This document shows positions 24,256 through 33,803 of a stretch of DNA of 37,895 nucleotides, piece by piece. Both the position numbers and the translations under genes were made by a program. The stretch comes from a virus. Taxonomy: Duplodnaviria > Caudoviricetes. The stretch is taken from positions 1 through 37,895 of IMG/VR virus record IMGVR_UViG_3300010398_000009; one strand, given 5' to 3'. Below the pieces are notes generated by a model. The model ran no database searches. It was not told the DNA's origin and saw nothing but the letters and a program-made list of their open reading frames with translations. Positions within the stretch are counted from its first letter, which is position 1; each line of letters begins with the position of its first letter.

Positions 24256-24996
24256 ATGGGAATCTCTGCTCCAGTTACAGCATTCGGACAAGGTCTCTAC
24301 GCCGCGAAAGCGACGAACAGCGCTGGTATTGCGCTCGGCTCGCTAATGGAAAATTCCGGCCGAACGTATCGCTTCGGTCAGGCTGGCGCTGCCGCGTTGG
24401 TCGCCGGACAAGTCCTGCAGATGGCAGTCCCGGTCGCGAACAATGTCAATCTGGCGGTTGTCATTGCGGCTCCGGCGACGCAGACGAATATCGGAGATCG
24501 CACGGTCACCGTGACCCTTGGCGCGAGTCCGCTGACAGCGAACCAGTATGCGGGCGGATACGTGAATATCTCGACGGGTCCTGGGAACGGTTACGTCTAC
24601 CAGATCGCCAGCCATCCAGCGGCATTGTCAGGCAATGTGACGATCAACCTGAATGAGCCGATGCAAGTTCCGTTGACCAGCGCCAGCAAGGTCGATCTGG
24701 TCGCGAATCCGTATGCTGGCGTCATCGCGACTCCGGCGACGACGCTTACGGGCGGCGTCGTTGGCATTGCGACGTCGCCGTGTCCGGCGAACGGGTTTGA
24801 CTGGTTCCAGGTGGGCGGCTCGGCATCTGTGCTGATTGCCGGGACTCCGGCTGTCGGTCAATCCGTCTCCGCTCCGTCTGCTGTCGCGGGAGCGGCAGCG
24901 ATTAACTCAGGAACGCTCGCCATTATCGGCCAGATGCTGGCGACTGGCGTTGATACGAAGAATTGCCCGGTTCTGCTGACTGGATTCGTGTCGTAA
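24256..24996 (+). CDS. Capsid decoration/cement protein 1
   Basis: Follows the MCP, Gly/Ala-rich, with GRTYRF.Q and W.QV.G motifs. Confidence 0.7.
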   Translation: MGISAPVTAFGQGLYAAKATNSAGIALGSLMENSGRTYRFGQAGAAALVAGQVLQMAVPVANNVNLAVVIAAPATQTNIGDRTVTVTLGASPLTANQYAGGYVNISTGPGNGYVYQIASHPAALSGNVTINLNEPMQVPLTSASKVDLVANPYAGVIATPATTLTGGVVGIATSPCPANGFDWFQVGGSASVLIAGTPAVGQSVSAPSAVAGAAAINSGTLAIIGQMLATGVDTKNCPVLLTGFVS

Positions 24997-25001
24997 ATGC
25001 A

Positions 25002-25787
25002 ATGGGATTCTCAGGTCCAGCGACAGCGTTTCCGCAAGGACTCTATAGTCCAGCGCTCACTAATCCGGCTGGTATTGCGCTCGGAACGTATATGCGTTTA
25101 CCGGATGGCCGCGCGTTTCGTTTTGTCCAAACGGCCGTCTGGACTGCTGGCGGCTTTGATAGCTGCGGACGACTGGTCCAGGGACCAGTCAATAACTTCG
25201 GACATCGCGCGTTGCAATTAGTTGCGCCAACCGCTATAGGAGACCGCACGATACTGCTATTCACGACGTCAACGCCGATCAGCGCGAATCAATACCGGAA
25301 CGGATACATCAGTTTATATTTTGCCAGCGCGTACCAACCGCAAACGCAGACCAGTATGATTTTGCCCCTATCATCGGATCCGCATCCGGCATATGCAGGA
25401 TTGACGATGGCGACATTTACACTGCGCGATCCGATGGCGTCTGCGGTTGGACCTGGGTCTTACTTCATGGCCGATCTCTTTCCGAATCCTTATAGCGGCG
25501 TCGCGCTCTATGCGGCTGGGAGCGGTATTTGTATCGGCGTTGCTGTCGGACGTCCTTGGAGTGTCACGACGCCGATGTATGACTGGATCCAGGTCGAAGG
25601 GATCGCGCCTGTCGTTGTCCAAAACGGTAGCACGCCGCCAGCGGCCGGAGAAATGGTTGCAGCCGGAGCGAACGGGATCGCAGTGCCGTACGCGATAGGG
25701 TCTCAGTCGATAGGGCATTCTCTTAGCACTATAGCCGGTCTCGCTGGGCCGACATATACGACGCCAGTGTTATTGTCAGGACTTTAA
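25002..25787 (+). CDS. Capsid decoration/cement protein 2 (paralog of previous gene)
   Basis: MGFSGPATAFPQGLYSPALTNPAGIALG versus MGISAPVTAFGQGLYAAKATNSAGIALG, with shared ANQY, NPY.GV and DW.QV.G. Confidence 0.75.
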   Translation: MGFSGPATAFPQGLYSPALTNPAGIALGTYMRLPDGRAFRFVQTAVWTAGGFDSCGRLVQGPVNNFGHRALQLVAPTAIGDRTILLFTTSTPISANQYRNGYISLYFASAYQPQTQTSMILPLSSDPHPAYAGLTMATFTLRDPMASAVGPGSYFMADLFPNPYSGVALYAAGSGICIGVAVGRPWSVTTPMYDWIQVEGIAPVVVQNGSTPPAAGEMVAAGANGIAVPYAIGSQSIGHSLSTIAGLAGPTYTTPVLLSGL

Positions 25788-25791
25788 GAAC

Positions 25792-26421
25792 ATGGCGCAG
25801 TCCTTTTCGGACGAACAGTTCGAGCGGTTGATGTCCGTGCTTCAGGCGCAACCGCGACAGCACGACGGATCCGTCTCGCCAGAGATCGGCCAGATCTGCG
25901 AAGCGATTACCGCTGGCAATAAGGCCATGCTGGAAGTCGCCAACGCGCAAGCGCGGACGGTCCGCCATTCGAACGCGTTCCATCCAGGGATCTCCGTCTT
26001 CAGCTATCCGGAAGGCGACGAAGCGCGTCCGAAGCCGTTTCTGGTCGACAAGTTCGGCAATCCGCGCGAATGCTATTTCTGCGGAACGCGACAGGAGCGC
26101 GAGTCTCTGACGCCGCGCGAAATTATTTTGTTCAATCAGATCATCCAGTCGAAGTTGTCGCGTAATGGCGCATGGCGCGCGGACATTCTGTCGCTTGGCG
26201 CGAGCGGCGAACGGCTGCTCCTGCAGATTCCCGTCAAGACGATCAATGACCGGGCGGCGTTTCCGCCGTCGCTGGAAATCTGTCTGCTGGAATTCATCGG
26301 CGGACGCGACGCGGTCGATCCGACCAAACTGACGGAGGAAGTCCAGTCCCTCCGCGACACGATCAGCAGACTTGCGGCTCAGTTCCCAGCCATCGCGGAC
26401 GCGCTGAAACAGGCTGCGTAG
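25792..26421 (+). CDS. Hypothetical morphogenesis-region protein
   Basis: 209-aa ORF within the structural operon. Confidence 0.7.
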   Translation: MAQSFSDEQFERLMSVLQAQPRQHDGSVSPEIGQICEAITAGNKAMLEVANAQARTVRHSNAFHPGISVFSYPEGDEARPKPFLVDKFGNPRECYFCGTRQERESLTPREIILFNQIIQSKLSRNGAWRADILSLGASGERLLLQIPVKTINDRAAFPPSLEICLLEFIGGRDAVDPTKLTEEVQSLRDTISRLAAQFPAIADALKQAA

Positions 26422-26442
26422 TCGTGGCGAACGGATTACGCG

Positions 26443-27411
26443 ATGACGCTGTCACAACTGCTCGCTGCGGCGTTTTCTGATCTCGGCTTCCAAGCGTCGC
26501 CGCCAACAGACGTCGTTACGCGAATCACGCGCTATGTCAACGAAGGTTATAGCGCGGTCATGCGGACTCCTGGTCTCCAGGGTCTCCGGCTCGCGACGCT
26601 AACGGTGTCATCGGTCGCCGGACAGAAATTCCTCCAGTTGGGACCAGCGATCCAGCAGATTCAGCGGATCGTCGATCAAGCGCATAACGTCGCGCTTCGG
26701 AAGATGACGGATGACGAATTCAGGAAAAGCGATCCGCAAGAACTCCAGACCGGAACGCCGTGGCGCTGGGTCGATATGGGATTCCATCCAGTCGCCAAGC
26801 AACCGAACGGATCGAGTATCTGGGCGGTATCGACCAGCGCGTCCGATACGCAGTCCATCGGCGGAGCCGGAGTCGATCTGAATGGCCAGTATATCCCGTT
26901 CGGCGCGACGTTGACCGGAACGACGCCGGTCCGTCTGACGACGGCGACACTGTCTGTCCTCACGGTCTGCAATCTGATCAGCGGCGCGAATGGGATCGTA
27001 TCGTTGATGGATGGGACGACGACTCCAGGGCCGAATACGCTCGGAACAATCTCGCAAGGGGCGACGACGACGATGTATCGGAGCGCGCGGTTGTGGCCAA
27101 CCGCGTCGCAGTCGTCGCCGTATACCGTCGACGTCATCGTCCCGATTCTGACGCTGGTTGGACAAGGCGATACGCCGTTCATTCCGGACGATTTCCATGA
27201 TGTGCTTGTCGAGTACGCGCGGATGCGGGAATACGAACGCCGCGACGATACACGCTTCGGTCAAGCGACGCAGTATTACCAGGACTCCATTAAGCGACTT
27301 AAGGATCGGGTCTGGAACGATCCGGACTACCGCCCAGCCGCGCGCGCGTTCGGCGTCAACGGGACTCCGTCGAATCTTGGTCCGGACTTTCCGGCGACTG
27401 GTCGCTGGTAA
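26443..27411 (+). CDS. Head-tail adaptor (tail tubular protein A-like)
   Basis: MTLSQL...I.RYVNEGY, LWPT and DTP.IPDDFHDVLVEYA pattern. Confidence 0.75.
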   Translation: MTLSQLLAAAFSDLGFQASPPTDVVTRITRYVNEGYSAVMRTPGLQGLRLATLTVSSVAGQKFLQLGPAIQQIQRIVDQAHNVALRKMTDDEFRKSDPQELQTGTPWRWVDMGFHPVAKQPNGSSIWAVSTSASDTQSIGGAGVDLNGQYIPFGATLTGTTPVRLTTATLSVLTVCNLISGANGIVSLMDGTTTPGPNTLGTISQGATTTMYRSARLWPTASQSSPYTVDVIVPILTLVGQGDTPFIPDDFHDVLVEYARMREYERRDDTRFGQATQYYQDSIKRLKDRVWNDPDYRPAARAFGVNGTPSNLGPDFPATGRW

Positions 27412-29435
27412 TGGCAGGGAAACAGCTTCGTCCCTGGACCTGGAGCGCGTGTCTCGGGCGGAACGGTTGGGACGAACCGACGAACGTTCCGGACGATATG
27501 GGACAGGAAGCGTTAAACGTCGAATTTCTCGACGGCTCGCTGGGACAGAAGCGACGCGGGACGACGGTTGTCGTTCCGGCTGGCGTCACTCTGTCGTCTG
27601 GGATCTATCAGCTTTTCAGCTTTACGCCGTTCAGTGATCTGACGCAGGCGCAACTATGGATTCTCACAGCGGAGACGCCGCCGAAGTTTTACGCGGTTGG
27701 TCCGGCGACGAACATTCCGCCGATGACGGATCCGCTCACGGGCCATCCGAACGACGTGTCCGCCGTGGCGATGAATGGAAAGCTATTCATCGCCTATCAG
27801 TCCGGAATCAATCGCTTACATGTCCATGATCCGCGCGATGGACTGGCGAGTCCGATTCGTCAATGCGGCATGGCATCGCCAGCGGCTCCGACTGTCGCGG
27901 CGGACACTACTGTCGGCACGTCGACGCTTCGCTATTACCGGATCGGAACATTCGTCGAGAATGCCAGCGGTGTCATTACGCGACGCTCGCAACTGGGACC
28001 GTCGGTCGCGTTTACCCCGTCGAACACTGGTGCGATTGTGACGCGTCCGGCGACGTTCCCAGATGGCGCGACACACTGGCAAGTCTACGCGTCGACTGAT
28101 GACGCTGTGTATTACGAACTCAGTCCGATTCTGCCAGTCGCGACGACGACGTATCAGGACGACGTCGATCCAGTCAATTACAACGCTGGCGATCCGGCTC
28201 CGCTGGAAGGCGACTTTACGCCGTTTCCGTCTGTGCGCTACGTGGCATCCGATGGAATCCATCTGTTCGGACTCGGCGTTTGGGAGACTTCCGCTGGGAC
28301 GTCCTTACCGCCGATCTCTGGTCGCGTTTATTTCTCGCCAGCTATCGGAACGTCAGACTTCGGAGATGACGAACGCGTCCAGAACACGGTCGACACGGAA
28401 GGCTATATCGACGTCGCGCCGAATGGCGGAGGGATTGATCGTGGCATTGCAGGACCGTTGAATGATCGGATGTTTGCCTTTCAAGCGAACATGATTGTGA
28501 TGCTGGTTCCGACTGGACAAGCCAGCCAGCCATTCGCGCGCATCGTCTTATCGCGCGTTGATGGAGCCGTATCGCATCGCTCGATCATCATGGGCGAAGA
28601 TGAATACGGACAGCCGTGTCTGTATTTTCTGAATCCCAGAGACGGTCCGCGACGGATCGCGCTCGGACGGACGATTGAATGGCTGGGACGCGACGTTAAC
28701 GACATCTGGCGGACGATCAATCTGGACTCTGGATCGTCCATGCATGGGACATACGACGCCGCGCGCAAGCTGGTTCTTTGGTTTGTTTGCACGACGGCGG
28801 CTGGTACTGGTGCGAATCAGGTTCCGGACATGATGATCGTTTATAACGTCGCGCTCGGACGTGCGTCGACGCAAGGTATCCGATACGGTTGGGCAAAGTG
28901 GAACGGGAATCTTGCGTCCTCCGGAGCGTCGGTCATGTTCTCGACGGTCATAGCCTCAGGCTCCAACCGTTCGGAATGGCTGTCACTCTATGCGTCGTGC
29001 GCGAATCATACGCTTCTCAGACAAGACGGTCCGCCGAATGCGACCGATTCCTATAATCCTGGAGTCGATACGACTGGCGCGCCGTATCAGACCTTGATCA
29101 AATCTCGCGTCTGGCCGCGCGGAGCGTTGCTGTATCTGACGCGTCAGATGCGCGCTGTGATCGCCGGAAGGAACACTGGCGCGAATCTTCAGATTACCGT
29201 CGAAAAGGACTGGGGAGCCGTCGTGCGGACGGATATTGCGGTCATGTCGCCGCCGACAGGAACGACGCTGAATACGCCAACGCATGTCCGCGTGAATCTC
29301 GATGCTATCGACGTCGCAGACGCAGCCGCTGTCGCGATTCAGATTACCGACATTAATACGGGACTCCAGCCGATTACGCCGCTGTCGCTTGACACCTGGA
29401 GCGCGGCGGACGAATTGGAAGCTGGGACGCGCTGA
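27411..29435 (+). CDS. Tail nozzle/stabilisation protein (P22 gp10/T7 gp12-like)
   Basis: 674-aa beta-rich protein after the adaptor, with N-terminal ..ALNV....GSL..KR.G. Confidence 0.7.
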   Translation: MAGKQLRPWTWSACLGRNGWDEPTNVPDDMGQEALNVEFLDGSLGQKRRGTTVVVPAGVTLSSGIYQLFSFTPFSDLTQAQLWILTAETPPKFYAVGPATNIPPMTDPLTGHPNDVSAVAMNGKLFIAYQSGINRLHVHDPRDGLASPIRQCGMASPAAPTVAADTTVGTSTLRYYRIGTFVENASGVITRRSQLGPSVAFTPSNTGAIVTRPATFPDGATHWQVYASTDDAVYYELSPILPVATTTYQDDVDPVNYNAGDPAPLEGDFTPFPSVRYVASDGIHLFGLGVWETSAGTSLPPISGRVYFSPAIGTSDFGDDERVQNTVDTEGYIDVAPNGGGIDRGIAGPLNDRMFAFQANMIVMLVPTGQASQPFARIVLSRVDGAVSHRSIIMGEDEYGQPCLYFLNPRDGPRRIALGRTIEWLGRDVNDIWRTINLDSGSSMHGTYDAARKLVLWFVCTTAAGTGANQVPDMMIVYNVALGRASTQGIRYGWAKWNGNLASSGASVMFSTVIASGSNRSEWLSLYASCANHTLLRQDGPPNATDSYNPGVDTTGAPYQTLIKSRVWPRGALLYLTRQMRAVIAGRNTGANLQITVEKDWGAVVRTDIAVMSPPTGTTLNTPTHVRVNLDAIDVADAAAVAIQITDINTGLQPITPLSLDTWSAADELEAGTR

Positions 29436-30517
29436 TGGCCTTTCCCTACTTGACCAATCCGGCGATCCTTCCGGCTGGGACGGCTCAGGAACTCGATTCC
29501 CTGGTCGCGCTGCTGAATGCGTATCTGGCGAAGGAACACAATCCAGACGGGACACATGGAGCGGTGCAAGCTGACAGCCTGATCGTCAATGGCGATGCGG
29601 AATTCCAGGACGGTCTGCGCGCGGCGAAGCTGGAACTTCCGGATGAAGACGACAAGATCGCGACGCTCTATCGGACCGTTGCCGGAAATGTGCTGCTCGA
29701 CATTGAAACGAATACGCGGTCTTGGACGTTCGGCGCGCTGACAATCCGGTCACTCTATGGCGGAGCGCTAGGAACGCTTCGCAAGGTGATTGCTATTGGC
29801 GGACTCGAGTCCAGCGGACCATACATCATTGGTCCAGGTGTCCGTCTGATGCCGGAGCCGGACGTTCCGCACAACGTCAAATCATGGGACGTCGCCGTCG
29901 CCAGTCCTGGATCACCGAACTATGCGCCAGCTATCGCGTTCGGAGACGTCGCCGGACAAAAGATTCCGCTTCTCATTCGCGATGATAGCGCGACGTCTGG
30001 AAATTACGTCATTGGACCTGATGACGCCGTCGTTGCGAATGTCCAACTGGGACGGAGTCCGACGAATCAGCGCTTCGTCACGATCTATCTGCGGACTGGC
30101 GTCTATGAACGGAACCGAACCGTTGCCATGGGCGAATGGACGGATGTGCCGTTCAACGCTGCTGATTTTGGTGGCAGCGGATCGTTAACCTGGACTGTTA
30201 CTGCTGGAAACATCATCACGCGTCGTTATGCGCTAGTCGGAAAGACCATGGTATATAGCGCGTATATTCAGGGTTCGTCGGTCGGCGGAACGCCGAATAA
30301 CGAACTTCATATCGCCATTCCGTCGCCGTTCACAGCGGCGCATCATGCGATCTGCGGATTCGTGGCGTCGCAAGACATCGGTGCAGCAATCCAAGGGAAC
30401 TATACACAGGTCACGCCGGGAGCAACTTACGTAATTCTGACGCGTCCCGGTAACGTGAACTGGAGCGTTGGATCTGGCACGGCAGTCTATTTCACGGCGA
30501 CGTTCGAAATTTCGTGA
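29435..30517 (+). CDS. Tail fibre/receptor-binding protein
   Basis: EHNPDGTHG at the N-terminus and a C-terminal WT.VPF...RY.LVGKT fibre-tip-like domain. Confidence 0.65.
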   Translation: MAFPYLTNPAILPAGTAQELDSLVALLNAYLAKEHNPDGTHGAVQADSLIVNGDAEFQDGLRAAKLELPDEDDKIATLYRTVAGNVLLDIETNTRSWTFGALTIRSLYGGALGTLRKVIAIGGLESSGPYIIGPGVRLMPEPDVPHNVKSWDVAVASPGSPNYAPAIAFGDVAGQKIPLLIRDDSATSGNYVIGPDDAVVANVQLGRSPTNQRFVTIYLRTGVYERNRTVAMGEWTDVPFNAADFGGSGSLTWTVTAGNIITRRYALVGKTMVYSAYIQGSSVGGTPNNELHIAIPSPFTAAHHAICGFVASQDIGAAIQGNYTQVTPGATYVILTRPGNVNWSVGSGTAVYFTATFEIS

Positions 30518-30524
30518 GGCACGT

Positions 30525-31331
30525 ATGGCGTATCTCACTGGCGCGACCGACGACAACCAGACGGACGATCAGAACGACGACGTCCGGAACTCGATTCTTC
30601 AGCAGTTACAGCAAGGAATCGGCTCGGCGTCCAATCAACCATTTCCGACGACGCCAGCGACTCCGGCTCCGGCAATGGGATTGCCGACTCCGGCTCCGGG
30701 CGGAGGGATGCGAACGCCGCAACCTATCGGCGGAGCATTTACGGATAGCGCGGCGTCTGACATTGCGGGAGCCGCTGGCGGAATGATGCGTCCGCAAGTC
30801 CAGGACGCGTCCGGCCGGTCTCCCAGTGATCCGAACTACGGACAACCGGCGACGGGAACGGCGACGACAAAGACTGGCGACGCGAGCGCGCCAGCGGCAA
30901 CCGGCGATGATGCGATCCGGCAATGGTTGCAGGGATTCGCTGGCAAGCAAGGGATTGATCCGTCCTCGCAGTCGGATCCGAACTACTGGATTGGTGTCAT
31001 TAACCAGCATGGCGGATTGACACCTGAGAATGCTGGTTATTTCGGAGATCGGATTCAGAATCCGCAGAATTATCATGAGGGTTCGAAGACGAATCCGTTC
31101 AGCGCGATAGGGTCTGGCATGGGACAACTGGGACAGACCGATCCGGGACAGTCGCAGACGTTCCAGCAGATTCTTGCGGAACTTGCAGCCGCGCAAACCG
31201 GCCAGCAATCACCAGCGATGCGGCAGACGTTGATCAAGGCGCTCCAGACGCCGCAACCGACAGGCGGACTCGGCGGAACGGCGGCGAATACACTTCGGAG
31301 TCGACTTGGCGGAATCATCAATAGGTTCTAG
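30525..31331 (+). CDS. Putative internal virion/DNA ejection protein
   Basis: Low-complexity G/A/Q/P-rich sequence located after the tail genes. Confidence 0.55.
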   Translation: MAYLTGATDDNQTDDQNDDVRNSILQQLQQGIGSASNQPFPTTPATPAPAMGLPTPAPGGGMRTPQPIGGAFTDSAASDIAGAAGGMMRPQVQDASGRSPSDPNYGQPATGTATTKTGDASAPAATGDDAIRQWLQGFAGKQGIDPSSQSDPNYWIGVINQHGGLTPENAGYFGDRIQNPQNYHEGSKTNPFSAIGSGMGQLGQTDPGQSQTFQQILAELAAAQTGQQSPAMRQTLIKALQTPQPTGGLGGTAANTLRSRLGGIINRF

Positions 31332-31333
31332 CA

Positions 31334-32650
31334 ATGGCGACGAAGAATCCGAACGATCTGAGCGCGCAAGATCCGAATACCATTGCGACCGGCGATCCGC
31401 GCGATGCGCCGTATGGCGGTATTCATGAAGGCGCTGCGCCACCAGGAGCGCATCAAAACCCAGACGGATCATGGGACTGGGATACGCCAGCGACGCCGCC
31501 AGTGTCAACGGCGACGCCAGCGCCAGCGGCTCCAGCGGCTCCAACCGCGTCAGGATATGCGCCGCCGACTGCAACGCAGCAATGGGGGGCGACCGTCATG
31601 TCGTCCGATCCGCGCGATGCACCGTATGGTGGACGCCATATAGGTGCGGCTCCGCCCGGAGCACATCAGAATCCGGACGGTTCTTGGGACTGGGATACGC
31701 CGTCGCCAGCGGCTCCAGCAACGCCAGCGGCTCCAGCGGCTCCAGCAACGCCAACGGCTCCGACTGATACCAGCGCGACGTCTACTGGAAGTCCTGTCGG
31801 CTCGACGACGACTGGCGTTCAGGGAAGCAATCCGGGCGGTGCGATCTCGACGACGGCTCCGACAGGTCCACCGCAGACGGTTAATGATGTTTTTCGACAG
31901 TCGTTGTTGACACAGCTACAAGGTCCGACTCCGGATCAGGTTGCGGCTGGAGCGTCTGACTCTGGAGCCGTGCGCGCGTATAACACGACGCTTGCGCGGC
32001 AGTATGACCGGGACCGCGCGCAAGCGGCGGAGTCTGCGGCGACTGGCGGTTATACCGGATCTGGCGCGCAGAATACACAGCAAGCGGGACTGAACCAGCA
32101 ACGCGCGGAGAATGCGGCAGCGTTTACCGGACAGGTCTCGCTTCAGTTAATGAACGCGCGTCGACAGGATCTCCAGAACGCGTTGACGATGGCGCAATCG
32201 GCCGGACAGTTCGACGCCGCCCAGTCGCTCCAGCAGCAATTAGCACAACTGGACGCCGCCGTGACGAAGCGCGGACAGGATCTGGGATTGACGGAAGCAC
32301 AGATTCAGCAAGCGACAACCGAACGCGGACAGGATCTGGGATTGACAGCGGAACAGATTCAGCAAGCGACAACTGAACGCGGACAGGACATCGGCGCGAC
32401 GACAGCGGCCAACCAGGTCGCCGCACAGTTGCAGCTTGGAACTGGCGATCTCGCGCTCCGACAAGCGCTGGGAGAACGCGGACTTGACGTTCAGCAGTTG
32501 GGACTAGAACTGCAAAACCAACAGGCCATGGGACAGTTGGGACTCGGCTACCAGAACGAGTCCGACGCGATGAATCAATACATTGCGGACTATCTCTGGC
32601 GAGCGTCGCAAGGGACAGGCGGAACGACGACAGCAACCGGAGGAGCGTAG
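31334..32650 (+). CDS. Putative DNA ejection/pilot protein with internal repeats
   Basis: Duplicated DPRDAPYGG...NPDGSWDWDTP, three RGQD repeats, and a Gln-rich coiled coil. Confidence 0.65.
   Translation: MATKNPNDLSAQDPNTIATGDPRDAPYGGIHEGAAPPGAHQNPDGSWDWDTPATPPVSTATPAPAAPAAPTASGYAPPTATQQWGATVMSSDPRDAPYGGRHIGAAPPGAHQNPDGSWDWDTPSPAAPATPAAPAAPATPTAPTDTSATSTGSPVGSTTTGVQGSNPGGAISTTAPTGPPQTVNDVFRQSLLTQLQGPTPDQVAAGASDSGAVRAYNTTLARQYDRDRAQAAESAATGGYTGSGAQNTQQAGLNQQRAENAAAFTGQVSLQLMNARRQDLQNALTMAQSAGQFDAAQSLQQQLAQLDAAVTKRGQDLGLTEAQIQQATTERGQDLGLTAEQIQQATTERGQDIGATTAANQVAAQLQLGTGDLALRQALGERGLDVQQLGLELQNQQAMGQLGLGYQNESDAMNQYIADYLWRASQGTGGTTTATGGA
31394..31701 (+). repeat. Intragenic direct repeat of about 95 bp (2 copies, 213 bp apart)
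   Basis: Copies at about 31394-31488 and 31607-31701. Confidence 0.8.
32270..32389 (+). repeat. 54-bp tandem repeat encoding RGQDLGLTxxQIQQATTE
   Basis: CGCGGACAGGA at 32270, 32324 and 32378. Confidence 0.8.
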
Positions 32651-32654
32651 AACT

Positions 32655-33794
32655 ATGGCAGATAACACGCTACCGCCCGGACTGGATCCGGAAAACAATC
32701 GGATGATCAACGGGAAAGTCTATACGCGCGTCCAGCCGACGACGAATCAGGACAGCTTTAATTATCTCGGGACCAATTCCGGATTCAATTCGCTCGACGA
32801 CGCGAAAGCGGCAGACGATCAAGCGGCTCCATCGTGGCAACTGGCGGATCTGTCTCCCGGTTATTCATGGGGAGACATCGCGACAAAGATTCTGCTTCCA
32901 ATGGCGGCTGCTGGCGCTGGCGGTTCCGCGCTGGCTGGACTTGGCGGCGTCGCTGGCGCTGGCGATGCGGCCAGTGCAGGACTCGACGCGTCGACGCTCG
33001 GACTCGGGACGGGCGTTGGTGTCGGCGGCGATCTGGCGGCTCCGGCGACGTTCGGAAGTCTGGTCAGCGCTCCGTCTGTCGCCGGACTGTCCGGAGCGGC
33101 GTCCGTGCTCCCTAGTGCCGCTCCCGCGCTCGCCGGAGCCGCTGGCGGCGTTCCTGGAGGACTGGGCGGACTGGTCTCGGCTCCGTCTGTCCCGACTGGC
33201 GTGGCGTCGTCGACACTGCCGTCCGCCGCTCCGAGTCATCTGCTGGGAACGCTGTTCGACATCGGGAAAGCCGTTGGACAGGCTGGACAGATCGCGGGAC
33301 AGGCCGCGCAGTCTGGCGCGACTGGACAACTGGCGCAAGCACAGTACGAACTGAATCGCGACCGACAAGCGGAACAGAACAAGGTCGACGCACAGAACGC
33401 CGCTGTGAACGCGGCCAATCAGCAGATGAAGAACACGCAGTTTACGAACGCGGCGAATCTGCTGGCCGCGCGTCAAGGCATGTTCGGAAACATGCTGGGA
33501 TCCGCGAAAGGGTATACGCCAACGAATCTCCCGGCTGGCGTGCGCGTGCCAACGGCTGGACCGCTCGGAGACATTATCGGATCGATGGCCGCGTCCGCGC
33601 CGACGTATGCGGATCTGGCCGCGAAAACCGCCGCGTCGACCAGCAATCTTCCGACGTTGCCGAACTTCGTTCCGGCTCCGATGACGCCAGAACCGCAAAC
33701 CTCCGGCATGCAAAAAGCGCTGGGCATCATGGGACAGATCGCGCCGTATGCCAGCATGGTTCCGTCCGTCGTCAAAGCGTTGTCCTGGTTGTAG
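32655..33794 (+). CDS. Putative DNA ejection protein (Gly/Ala-rich hydrophobic segment)
   Basis: AGGAG RBS. A Gly/Ala-rich membrane-like region is followed by a coiled coil. Confidence 0.6.
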   Translation: MADNTLPPGLDPENNRMINGKVYTRVQPTTNQDSFNYLGTNSGFNSLDDAKAADDQAAPSWQLADLSPGYSWGDIATKILLPMAAAGAGGSALAGLGGVAGAGDAASAGLDASTLGLGTGVGVGGDLAAPATFGSLVSAPSVAGLSGAASVLPSAAPALAGAAGGVPGGLGGLVSAPSVPTGVASSTLPSAAPSHLLGTLFDIGKAVGQAGQIAGQAAQSGATGQLAQAQYELNRDRQAEQNKVDAQNAAVNAANQQMKNTQFTNAANLLAARQGMFGNMLGSAKGYTPTNLPAGVRVPTAGPLGDIIGSMAASAPTYADLAAKTAASTSNLPTLPNFVPAPMTPEPQTSGMQKALGIMGQIAPYASMVPSVVKALSWL

Positions 33795-33803
33795 GGAGCA
33801 GGT

